DNA from: the human T2T-CHM13v2.0 reference genome, Homo sapiens
Assembly: GCF_009914755.1 (NCBI RefSeq)
Contig: NC_060935.1
DNA: 64,000 bases
Strand: one strand, 5' to 3'
Shown: positions 40,879-55,430 of the stretch, in pieces
How the letters are laid out: each line of letters starts with the position of its first letter
Numbering within the stretch: position 1 is the first letter of the stretch
Notes under the pieces: generated by a model
Seen by the model: only the letters and a program-made list of their open reading frames with translations
What the model was told of the DNA's origin: nothing
The model's database searches: none
Made by a program: the position numbers and the translations under genes

Positions 40879-41739
40879 CTGTTTGCTAACACACATTAAT
40901 TACTTAACTAATTTTCTGGGGCTCTCACACTGTAAGTGGGGACTATCTCAGGCTCACACAAATATAGATGATGCACTGGGGAAACTATGGCAAGGTGACT
41001 AAATTCATGTCCTACCAAGGCTCCTAAGTCAAAGGAGACCCCATAGAAAACGCCATATTTCAACCCCAATACGTTTGGCTTACTAGAGCAGAAAGGGCAA
41101 CACAGCAAGCTGGAGGATGAGCCATTGTTTCAGGACTTAGGCTGTGAAGGAAAAACAGCAGCCTCAAGTGGAGCCTTGGAATGTGGCTACTGAATGGAGA
41201 GGCCTAACCCACTCCATAACCTGTCCATCCACTGAAGTATGAAGGGCAGGGGAGGGCCCTTTCCCCTGTTAATGGGCTCAATTCATTTCTAGTGAAAGAA
41301 AGCCTGGGTTTCCCTAAGGTTTACTCATGGGTGACAACATTATTTAAAGATCTCTGGGCACAATGCCTTTCCTAACTCCCCAGAGCCTGAGACAAAAGAG
41401 TTGTGCTGAGGGGCTGGCCCTGCTCATTGTGAGGTGGCAGCTGTGTGTCCCCAATGCTTGAGAGAGATTTCCTCCCCCTGCCCTCCCTCACCTCCCAGGG
41501 CCTGCTCCATGCACTCTGCACCACTGGGGATAACGGCTGAGCTCGAAGGCCCTTAATAGAAAAGCTTCCTCTTTTATTCCTTTAGCAGCAGTGGGGTTGG
41601 GAAGAAATCTCATTGGCCTGGGAATCCAGGCAGCCTTATTTTGGGTGCAGACTGGAGAATCAACTGCCCTTTCCTTTCTTGGTAAACTTGCTGCCACCTG
41701 CACAGCCCTAGAGCTCTAAAAATATTTGTCAGATTTACT

Positions 41740-41941
41740 GCAAGTGTTTGTTTACAAGTCTGTCTCCCCATTTAAACTCTTAGGTTTCCTCAGGGCAGGT
41801 ACTATGTTTCATTTATTTTTACCTTAGTGCCTGGCTTGTAGTAGGAGCTAAATAAATGGGGGTAGGGTTGGGGGAGGGAGAGGGAGAAAGAAAGAGAGAG
41901 AATATATGAATGAATGAATGAATGATAAATGAATGAATGAA
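41740..41941 (+). mobile_element. L2 3' end with (GAAT)n tail
   Basis: tctgtctcccca...cctcagggcaggtactatg...agtgcctggc...gaatgaatgaatg. Confidence 0.65.
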
Positions 41942-42759
41942 TATCAGTCCCCAACTTGATTAGGAGATAGCAGTCAAGGACATTAAGACTCTAGCATATC
42001 CTCTGAGATTCCACAGAGGTGTCAAGTGGGGAGTGGGAAAAGGCATGTCAGGAAACAGAGGCCTGTCTTACTTCCCCAACTGTGGTTTAATCCAGCTTTC
42101 ATGATACTCATCTGTCTTAGACATTGGTCTTCCTATTTTGTATGTTTTAATAAAAGATTCTGTGGCCAAGAGAACTATTTGAAAAAATTATTGGGCTAGA
42201 TTTTTTTCCCCCACTTAGGTCTCTTCCAACTGGGATGTTTTCTGTGATGGGCAAGTACTTGCATGGCTTCTGCTTTTGACCACTATTGGAAAACGTTTCT
42301 GCATCTTATTCTGATGAAGAATGACATAAATAAGGGATCTTACTTGTAAATATCCACAACATGTTCTCCTTGGTCCAGAGCTCCAACAGCCAAGCTGCTG
42401 CTGCTTGGCACCTGCATGTCCTGGTGTTCTTAAGTGTGTGCTGTTCCACATCACAGTGATGGGGTGTGGGACTTTTGAGGTGAGTAGTGTTTTTAGCCTC
42501 TATCCCCAGCTCTGTTTTCTCACATCTAATTTTAATATAACTTACTCAGCACTTTATATCTCTTCTGCTGACTGTCCCAAACCAGGGAAGAGACTTGGCC
42601 CACGGAGGACTAAAGCGTTGCCACAGATGAGTTGGTCATAGACAGTATCAAAGGGGAGTTTGTTACTCAAGTTTGCAAAGGACATTATTAGACAACCCAA
42701 CAATCCCACAGCAGCGTGGCCATGCAGAGACTTCCATGACTTCATCTATCTACTTACGT

Positions 42760-43580
42760 TGCACCTATCTACTCAGCATCTACTATGTGGGGCTAACTGT
42801 GGCACTGAAGATACGGACATGAGAAAGAGAGAGTGCCTTTGTTAAGGAGCTCACATCCCAGTGAGAAAGCAAGGTTAAGAGAATGATACAATTCAAGATA
42901 AGAACAGACACAGAAATGTGTCACGTGCTATGGGACTGCAGAGAAAGGAGAGAATAGATCTCCCTGCGGGCTGGGAGGAGCAGTGGGGAAAGCTTCACAG
43001 AAAAGTACCTTTTCAATTAGGCTTTAACTTTGGACAGTTGCTTTCAAAGCTGGAGGCAGGAGAAGGGAAGTAGGACAGGCATGGAGGCACCAGCCACAGA
43101 GCACCTCAAGGCAGAGGAGATTTGGGTGCTGTGCCACCTGGGAGGTGAGGCTGATAGGACAGCTGTGCATCAGGCAGGGAAGCTGGAGGGGTAGGTCGGA
43201 CCAGAATGACATGGGTCCTGAAAGCTTTGTTAATTACGTTACTCTGGAGGCAGTGGGGAGCCACTGAAGGTTTTAAAGCATGGCCTCCTGTGCCATGCTA
43301 AGAAACAGCTAATTTTACTGAAGGCAATGGCAAAGGACATCAAGCAGGCAAGGATTGTTCCAATTTTCCCTTTGATGAGCCCACTAGCACTATGAGGCAG
43401 TAATAAGGCTGCTGCCATAGTTCACGTGAAGGAAGAAGATGCTCTACCAGTGCAAATGGAGTAGAGGTGAAAACATAGATTCAAGGTACATTTCAGAGGG
43501 AGAGAAAGCAAGATACTATTCCTTCTTGTGTGTTGGGCGATGGGGGGAAGGCAGAAGACATGCAAGCCTGGATGTTTCAA
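42760..43580 (-). mobile_element. L2 fragments
   Basis: gagcatctactatgtg-like start, aaggagctcacatcccagt, ggggagccactgaaggttttaaagca. Confidence 0.55.
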
Positions 43581-43792
43581 ACCTAGTGAGTGGGCTAGAG
43601 CTGCTTCCATTTATGTTCCTAAGCACTGCTTTGGCATTTATACTGGAATCCTAAGGGTCAATAAGATATTTTTCCTTTTGTAGGGGTCAGATTAGCTGCC
43701 AAAGCACTGGAGGAGTTGGAGGAGTTGCTGACATCAGCCCTTAGAGTTTGGAATATAGCAATACTGCTTTATCTGGATTTTCCACAGGCCCC

Positions 43793-44539
43793 TGTTATGG
43801 GCTGAATTGGGTCCTCCCAAAATTCATGAGATGAAGTGCTTGCCCCTAGTACCTCACAATATGATTGTATTTAAAGATAAGTCATTTAAAAAGGCAGTGG
43901 CATTAAAATGGGGTTGTTAGGGTGGACCCAAATCCAATATGATGGGTGTCATAGCAAGAGGAGATTAGAACACAGACAACACAGACAGAGGGACAAGGAT
44001 CATGTGAGGTCACAGCAGGAAGGTGGCCATCTGTAAGCGAAGGAGAGAGGTTTCAGGAGAAACCAAACCTGTCAGTATCTTGATCTTGGAGATTGTATTA
44101 CTCTGTTCTCATGCTGCTAATAAAGATATACCCAAGACTGGGCAATTTACAAAATAAAGAGGTTTAATGGACTTACAGTTCCACATGGCTGGGGAGGCCT
44201 CACAAGGCAAAAGGCAAGGAGGAGCAAGTCGCATTTTATGTGGATGGCAACAGGCAAACAGAGTTTCTGTGGGGAAACTCCCCTTTTTTAAAATCATCAG
44301 ATCTCGTGAGACTTATTTGCTTTCATGAGAACAGCATGGGAAAGACCTGCTCCTGTGACTCAATTACCTCCCACCGAGTCTCTCCCACAACACGTGGGAA
44401 TTCAAGATGAGATTTGGGTGGGGACACAGCCAAACCATATCAGACATCTAGAGTCCAGAACTGTGAGAAAATAAATTTCTATTGTTTAAGCCACCTAGTC
44501 TGCAGTGTTTTGTTATGGGAGCCTGAGCAAACTAATACA
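43793..44539 (+). mobile_element. MLT1B-like MaLR LTR interrupted by THE1
   Basis: tgttatgggctgaattg...cccaaaattcat...; ends ccagaactgtgagaaaataaatttct...gcaaactaataca. Confidence 0.82.
44094..44442 (-). mobile_element. THE1B/C solo LTR nested in MLT1B
   Basis: tgtattactctgttctcatgctgctaataaag...gggacacagccaaaccatatca; TSD gagat/gacat. Confidence 0.88.
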
Positions 44540-45379
44540 CTTCCTATGAAGAAAATCTCACGTGAAGTCCAAGCCTGTCTGGTCTAAGAGAAAAAAGTCA
44601 CCACCTGGGAACTGGGACCACATTCTTTGTTCTAATTGTTCCAGCTAGTCCAGCTTCTCCACTAACCTACTTAATCATTACAGACATGGGCACTGTGACA
44701 ATGATGGCCAGGTGTGTTGGGAATTCAATCACTTGAACAAGAATGTCCCTGGGTTATAACATCCAGGCTGCTGCTTTTTTTTCTAAAGCACCAGACAATT
44801 GCTTCACAAAGTTCCCAATAACTCAGCTCTCACCACTTGCTCAAAGCCAGTTTCTTAGGCCTTGAGGGGGGGAAATAGGCTATTTAAACTCAAATGACTA
44901 TTGAGCTTTGTTGACAAAATACCACTTGGAAGAATAATGTAAATGGAATCCATCTTCAAGGAAGCAAATGTCAAGGAGCACTTCACAAAACCCATGTTCC
45001 TCTAGCCACAGTGACTTCATTACTACATCTGAGGGGAGAGAAGTGTGAGTTTAATTAGGTAAACATAGAGACAGTGTTTGGGAATCTCATTGTAACCAGT
45101 GAGAAGGCAAGGTTTTCATAGACAATTGCTGGATGCAACTAGGTCAGTCTCCAGATCTGAAATTAAACCCTTTATCTAAGGGTTACTACTTAAGCCAGCA
45201 ACAAAGGAGCATTTTACCCAATTCCCACTCAGATTTAGAGATGTCAAGTTTTCCTTGTTTCTGACTAGCAACAACAGAAGAAATTAAAACAGCTCAGTCT
45301 GGAATATCCCAGGAACCCCCAAACTTAGCAAGATTTGGGGAATATACCACCTAGTCACTCCTTCAGAAAGGGGCACAGT

Positions 45380-45550
45380 GATGGGGGAGAGCACAGAACG
45401 CAGGCATCAAACACACCTGCATTTGAGTCCTGGCTCCATGGGTTACTAAGTGTGTGACTGTGAGCCAGTTATTTAACCTTCCATAGGCCTCAGCTCCCTT
45501 ATCTATTAACCTGGTGAAATGCAGAACCCTCTGCATGGGGTTACAAGGTT
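45380..45550 (+). mobile_element. MIR SINE
   Basis: tttgagtcctggctcc...gtgtgactgtgagccagttatttaaccttccataggcctcag. Confidence 0.65.
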
Positions 45551-47997
45551 TCAGCATGACTGGGTATGAAAAGAGAACAAAGAAGCTTCCTGGAGATGAC
45601 TGTGGCCTTGGCTCACTGCCAGGAAAATGACTCATTTCTGTATGCCAGGGTTATAGTTCACTGTTACCCTGACAAATGAATGTGGAAGACCCATGATTTC
45701 CTTATCCTATAAGAAGCAAACTGACAATCAGATCGAGTAAGCGCGTGCCCTGGTTTGAAAGGTCAGGTAAGAAGGATTGATTGAGTGTCTCCTATGAACC
45801 AGGCACTGTGCTGGCTCAAGGTCACAAAGATCATGAGGGGAAGTGTGGAGAACTGGGATCTAGCTCAAGATCTGCCTGACTCCAGGCCCTCACTATTTCT
45901 ACTACACTCTACTTAAGGGGAAATGCTTCTGCATATGGGTTGATGTGTAAGAGGCAAGGCTGGCACAGGGTGCAGTGCTCTTGAAACAAAATGCCACAGC
46001 CAGAAGAACAGAAGCTCCCAGGTATGCTGTTATGGGGAAAGAAGTTGTGTTAGAGGGCACCTCTGGGTGGGCCCCTCACCATACCTTCTCGGCCCCAGAC
46101 ACTCTAATATGGTCCAGGTGTTTCAGAATTTACCTTCTGGGTTCAGATGCCTCCATGCAATAAACAACAGTCTTTAGAAATTCCAACAAGTGTTCCCACA
46201 ATCCCAGGCTTTGGCATTAGAATTTGTTGAACTTTCAGTTATTAAAAATTCTTTTATATTTTTCCCTTGACAACTCACACTGTACTTCAGACTGCTTTGA
46301 TAGTTCCCTTAACGGTTGCCTTCGTATTTCAAAACCTATGAAATTACATATTTGAAGGGATTATTCATTTTTTTCCAATGGAAAGCATACATACCCCATA
46401 ATGCTTTAATAATGATAACCAGATGGATTGAGGGGTCTTTGACAAGGGTTTTCTTTAGCTAATTTGAGAACATACTGAATTTCAGTCTCTTTTGACTAGT
46501 GAAAAAAATGGGCAGAATGTAAAGTGCCCTGTAAATATCCTACTTGTACAATTTTAATACTTTCATCATGGTCAGATGAAATCTAATTAAAGCTAACTGT
46601 CCCCTTCCTCTATTTTCAAAGTACAGGTTTCAGGCTTTTTCAGTGAAGCCCAGGAAAATGTTTAACCAGGAGTACTGGATACTCCTAAGTAGTTCTCACT
46701 CAAAATTCTGCCAAAATTACTTCCTGATCAGTGCTTATATCTTGACCTCCTTCTCCCTTACTCTCAAAGGAGCCCTTGAGACTTTAAGAAGGCTTCTCAC
46801 CTTCATGTAGAATCATGAGGTGATAGGGCTGGAAGGGACCTTAAGGATCACCTAGGCTACCTCTTTCACATTATAGATAAAGAAACTGAAATTTCAGAAA
46901 GATTCAATGACTTGGCCAAGGTCATGTAGGTAAGAAGTTGCAAGGGTTAGACTTGAACCTTATTCTATGTGTAACTCATTATATCACTTGGCTTCCCTTC
47001 TGCTCTCCTTTTCTGTAATTTTCCCTCTTTTTTCTTTATATTTTCCATTTTCCCTGTCAGAACCAGGTCATAGATGATGATGGGATGGGCCAAACCAAAG
47101 TGGACCAGGTTGTGGAGAACAGTCAAATTCAGCAAAGGAAAGCAGGTCATAGAGGGAAGCCTCTGACAACAGGCAGCTGGAAAAAGTCTGGCTGAGAAGT
47201 CCAGCAAAAGACAGAGGCCCTGGTTAGACAGATGGCACAGGCAGAGCAGGAAATCTGACATAAGGTCATGGAAGTGCTGTAAGCAGATTAGGTAATAACA
47301 GGTAACAGGGTCCCAGACTTGCGAATGACATTTCAGCAGCAGGACTCCACTTCATAAGAACTAAGGTGCATTGCCAAGGCAGGGATGTGGTCGCAGGGGC
47401 CCCAGGGACCTGGAATGAAAATCTGGAGCTCAGTTCCAAGGAACACGTTCCAAGGTCACGGCAGAACCAGCAGTGAGCTTCTGGCCCAGAGTTCCTTACA
47501 GTATCCCCGAGCAATGTGATAGAGACAGTTAGCAGCTTAACAATTAGTCCATATACTTCCACACATCTCCCTTGTAGCTGGACTGGGGCCATGTGACTAT
47601 TTTTGGTCAAAGGACTTTTAGAGGAAGTAGAAACCATGACAACCACACATCTTGTTGTTGGAAAGGGAAGGAGAAGCACTAGAAGTCTTTGGGAACAAGC
47701 CTGTTGTCAGCTCCTTGTCCACCTCACCCCACCTCTGTGAAGTATGTTCTCTGGAGCATGTGCAGCTTTAGACACAGCATGACTTTTTACCTGTTAATAC
47801 CTACGTGGGAAATGCCTTTGAGCAAGAAAGTATATCTTGCTACTATTGGCAAAAAGAGTCAAATTCTTTAAAATATTTGAAGAGATTTATTTCGAGCCAA
47901 ATATGAGTGACCACGGCCCGTGACAGGGCCCTCAGGAGATCCTCACAACATGTGACCAAAGTGGTTGGGGTACAGCTTGCTTTTGTACATTCTAGGG

Positions 47998-48085
47998 AGA
48001 CATGAGACATCAATCAAATACATTTAAGATACATTAACCTTAAGGTTATCATATCTTAAATGTATTTGATTGATGTCTCATGTCT
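47998..48085. repeat. Near-perfect 88-bp palindrome (34-bp arms, 3x3 mismatch, 14-bp self-complementary centre)
   Basis: agacatgagacatcaatcaaatacatttaagata-cat-taaccttaaggtta-tca-tatcttaaatgtatttgattgatgtctcatgtct. Confidence 0.95.
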
Positions 48086-48145
48086 AAGTCTATAGGCAGA
48101 TTTAAAATGTTTTTAACTGGCAATTGGTTGAAAGAGTTATCAGTA

Positions 48146-49179
48146 GGGAGGAGCCAAGATGGCCGAATAGGAACAGTTCTGGTCTACAGCTCCCAGCATG
48201 AGCCATGCAGAAGATGGGTGATTTCTGCATTTCCATCTGAGGTACTGGGTTCATCTCACTAGGGAGTGCCAGACAGTGGGCGCAGGACAGTGGGTGCAGT
48301 GCACCATGCGCCAGCCGAAGCAGGGCAAGGCAGTGCCTCACTCGGGAAGTGCAAGGGGTCAGGGAGTTCCCTTTCCTGGTCAAGGAAAGGGGTGACAGAA
48401 TGGCATCTGGAAAATCGGGCCATTCGCACCCGAATACTGCGCTTTTCCGACGGGCTTAGGAAATGGCACACCAGGAGATTATATCCCGCACCTGGCTTGG
48501 AGGGTCCTACGCCCACGGAGTCTCGCTCATTGCCAGCACAGCAGTCTAAGATCAAACTGCAAGGCAGCAGCAAGGCTGGGGGAGGGGCACCCGCCATTGC
48601 CCAGACTCGCTTAGGTAAACGAAGCAGCCAGGAAGCTCAAACTGGGTGGAGCCCACCACAGCTCAAGGAGGCCTGCCTGCCTCTGTAGACTCCACCTCTG
48701 GGGGCAGGGCACAGACAAACAAAAAGACAGCAGTAACCTCTGCAGACTTAAATGTCCCTGTCTGACAGCTTTGAGGAGAGCAGTGGTTCTCCCAGCACGC
48801 AGCTGGAGATCTGAGAACGGGAAGACTGCCTCCTTAAGTGGGTCTCTGACCCCGACCCCCAAGCAGCCTAACTGGGAGGCACCCCCCAGTAGGGGCAGAC
48901 TAACACCTCACGCGGCCAGGTACTCCTCTGAGACAAAACTTCCAGAGGAACTATCAGACAGCAGCATTCGCGGATCACGAAAATCCACAGTTCTGCAGAC
49001 ACCGCTGCTGATACCCAGGCAAACAGGGTCTGGAGTGGACCTCTAGCAAACTCCAACAGACCTGCAGGTGAGGGTCCTGTCTGTTAAAAGGAAAACTAAC
49101 GAACAGAAAGGGCATCCACACCAAAACCCCATCTGTACATCACCATCATCAAAGACAAAAAGTAGATAAAACCACAAAG
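48146..49179. promoter_or_regulatory. L1 5'UTR with internal sense promoter and antisense promoter
   Basis: YY1 motif caagatggccg near 48154 is intact and the UTR is CpG-rich. Antisense promoter activity in this UTR region is established for young L1PA families. Confidence 0.75.
48259..48597 (-). CDS. L1 ORF0 (antisense), C-terminally extended to 112 aa
   Basis: MAGAPPPALLLPCSLILDCCAGNERDSVGVGPS... matches the primate ORF0 N-terminus; ATG at L1 nt 452 with Kozak context gcaATGg. Confidence 0.75.
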   Translation of the reverse strand: MAGAPPPALLLPCSLILDCCAGNERDSVGVGPSKPGAGYNLLVCHFLSPSEKRSIRVRMARFSRCHSVTPFLDQERELPDPLHFPSEALPCPASAGAWCTAPTVLRPLSGTP

Positions 49180-50193
49180 ATGGGGAAAAAACAGAGCAGA
49201 AAAACTGGAAACTCTAAAAAGCAGAGTGCCTCTCCTCCTCCAAAGGAACGCAGTTCCTCACCAGCAGCGGAACAAAGCTGGACGGAGAATGACTTTGACG
49301 AGTTGAGAGAAGAAGGCTTCAGACGATCAAACTACTCTGAGCTACAGGAGGAAATTCAAACCAAAGGCAAAGAAGCTGAAAACATTGAAAAAAATTTAGA
49401 CGAATGTATAACTAGAATAACCGATACAGAGAAGTGCTTAAAGGAGCTGATGAAGCTGAAAGCCAAGGCTCGAGAACTACGTGAAGAAGGCAGAAGCCTC
49501 TGGAGCCGATGCAATCAACTGGAAGAAAGGATATCAGTGATGGAAGATGAAATGAATGAAATGAAGCGAGAAGGGAAGTTTAGAGAAAAAAGAATAAAAA
49601 GAAACGAACAAAGCCTCCAAGAAATATGGGACTATCTGAAAAGACCAAATCTGCATCTGATTGGTGTACCTGAAAGTGACGGGGAGAATGGAAACAAGTT
49701 GGAAAACACTCTGCAGGTTATTATCCAGGACAACTTCCCCAATCTAGCAAGGCAGGCCAACATTCAGATTCAGGAAATACAGAGAACACCACAAAGATAC
49801 TCCTTGAGAAGAGCAACTCCAAGACACATGATTGTCAGATTCACCAAAGTTGAAATGAAGGAAAAAATGTTAAGGGCAGCCAGAGAGAAAGGCCAGGTTA
49901 CCCACAAAGGGAAGCCCATCAGACTGACAGCGGATCTCTCGGCAGAAACTCTACAAGCCAGAAGAGAGTGGGGGCCAATATTCAACATTCTTAAAGAAAA
50001 GAATTTTCAACCCAGAATTTCATATCCAGCCAAACTAAGCTTCATAAGTGGAGAAATAAAATCCTTTACAGACAAGCAAATGCTGAGAGATTTTGTCACC
50101 ACCAGGCCTGCCCTAAAAGAGCTCCTGAAGGAAGCACTAAACATGGAAAGGCACAACTGGTACCAGCCACTGCAAAATCATGCCAAAATGTAA
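49180..50193 (+). CDS. L1 ORF1p (RNA-binding chaperone), open 337 aa
   Basis: MGKKQSRK...; REKG, ARR and YPAKLS motifs present; one codon missing in FIS(E)GEIK. Confidence 0.9.
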   Translation: MGKKQSRKTGNSKKQSASPPPKERSSSPAAEQSWTENDFDELREEGFRRSNYSELQEEIQTKGKEAENIEKNLDECITRITDTEKCLKELMKLKAKARELREEGRSLWSRCNQLEERISVMEDEMNEMKREGKFREKRIKRNEQSLQEIWDYLKRPNLHLIGVPESDGENGNKLENTLQVIIQDNFPNLARQANIQIQEIQRTPQRYSLRRATPRHMIVRFTKVEMKEKMLRAAREKGQVTHKGKPIRLTADLSAETLQARREWGPIFNILKEKNFQPRISYPAKLSFISGEIKSFTDKQMLRDFVTTRPALKELLKEALNMERHNWYQPLQNHAKM

Positions 50194-50256
50194 AGACTAT
50201 CAAGATTAGGAAGAAACTGCATCAACTAATGAGCAAAATAACCAGCTAACATCATA

Positions 50257-54068
<3,812 letters not shown>

Positions 54069-55029
54069 ACAATGAGAACACATGGACACAGGAAGGGGAA
54101 AATCACACTCTGGGGACTGTTGTGGGGTGGGGGGAGGGGGGAGGGATAGCATTAGGAGATATGCCTAATGCTAAATGATGAGTTAATGGGTGCAGCACAC
54201 CAACGTGGCACATGTATACATATGTAAGTAACTGGCACATTGTGCACATGTACCCTAAAACTTAAAGTATAATAATAAAAAAAAAAGTTAAAAAAAAAAA
54301 GTTGTCAATAGATAGGAGTGTCTGGGTTGCGATAAGAAGTTGTAGAGACCAAAGTTTCATCATGCAGATGAAGCCTCCAGACTTCAGAGAGAACAGGCTG
54401 TAAATGTTTCTTATTAGGTTTAAGGTCTGTGTTGGTGTTAAAGCTGGAGGGGTAAAATGGGGCATGTCCAGCCCCCATTTCCTGTCGGGTCATGAACCAG
54501 TCTTTCAGGTTAAATTTTAGAATGCCCTGGTTAAGGAGGGAGTCCATTCAGATGGTTGTGGGGTGAGGTGGAGGGCTTCAAATTTTATTTTTGGTTTACA
54601 CTACATAGGGTTGTCTCTTACAAGAAAAAAAAGAACAAAAAGATTCCCTCCATCCATATAACCATTGCTCCCTACATGTTATAACTGCTTGTTCTGTTGA
54701 GAAACAACTGAAAACTGGATAAAGGTAGAGAATTTATAAATGAAATACAGTAAACATAAATAAGCATATAAAATGATATAAATGTAAATAGCTTTACATA
54801 GGTTTATATCTATAACTCAATTTAGTCTTCTCAACAAATTAATGAGGCAGATATTATTATTTTCATTTTATAGATCAGGGAACTGAGGTATAGAAAGTGT
54901 GAGTAATTTGGGAGGCAGCTGACACAGTAGTTTGAGTAGACAAACTTCTAGGTTAGAAATTACGTCTTAATAGACAGTTAAGAAAATTATTAGTTACAGT
55001 AAGTTAAGTTGAATTAATCCATTGTATCT

Positions 55030-55430
55030 TATATGTTTTAATTTAAAATTAACCATTTTAAAGTGAATGATTTAATAACATTTAGTGCATTCACAATGGT
55101 TTCAATCACCACCTCTATCTAGTTCCAAAATATTTTTATTACCCTAAAAAGAAATGCACCACTCATTAAGCAGTTGCTCCCCATTTCTCCTATTCCCTAA
55201 GCTCTGAGCAATCACCAGTCTTTCTGTCTCTATAGATTTCACTATTCTGGATATTTCATACAAACGGAATCATAACGTATGTGAATTTTTATGTACAGCT
55301 TCTTTCACTTAACACAATGTTTTTGAGGTTCATCCATGTTGTATCATGTATCAGTACTTCATTGCTTTTTATGCCTGATTAATATTCTATTGTATATACA
55401 TACTGCAAATTATTTATCCATTCATTTGCT
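55030..55430 (-). mobile_element. L1MB-type 3' end fragment
   Basis: ttaaccattttaaagtg...catttagtgcattcacaat...ctctatctagttccaaaa...ggatatttcatacaaacggaatcata. Confidence 0.7.

Noticed and set aside
45755-45775. Strong plus-strand donor CAG|GTAAGA as an antisense lncRNA exon
   Set aside because: A lone splice motif with no identifiable partner acceptor or other support in the sequence.
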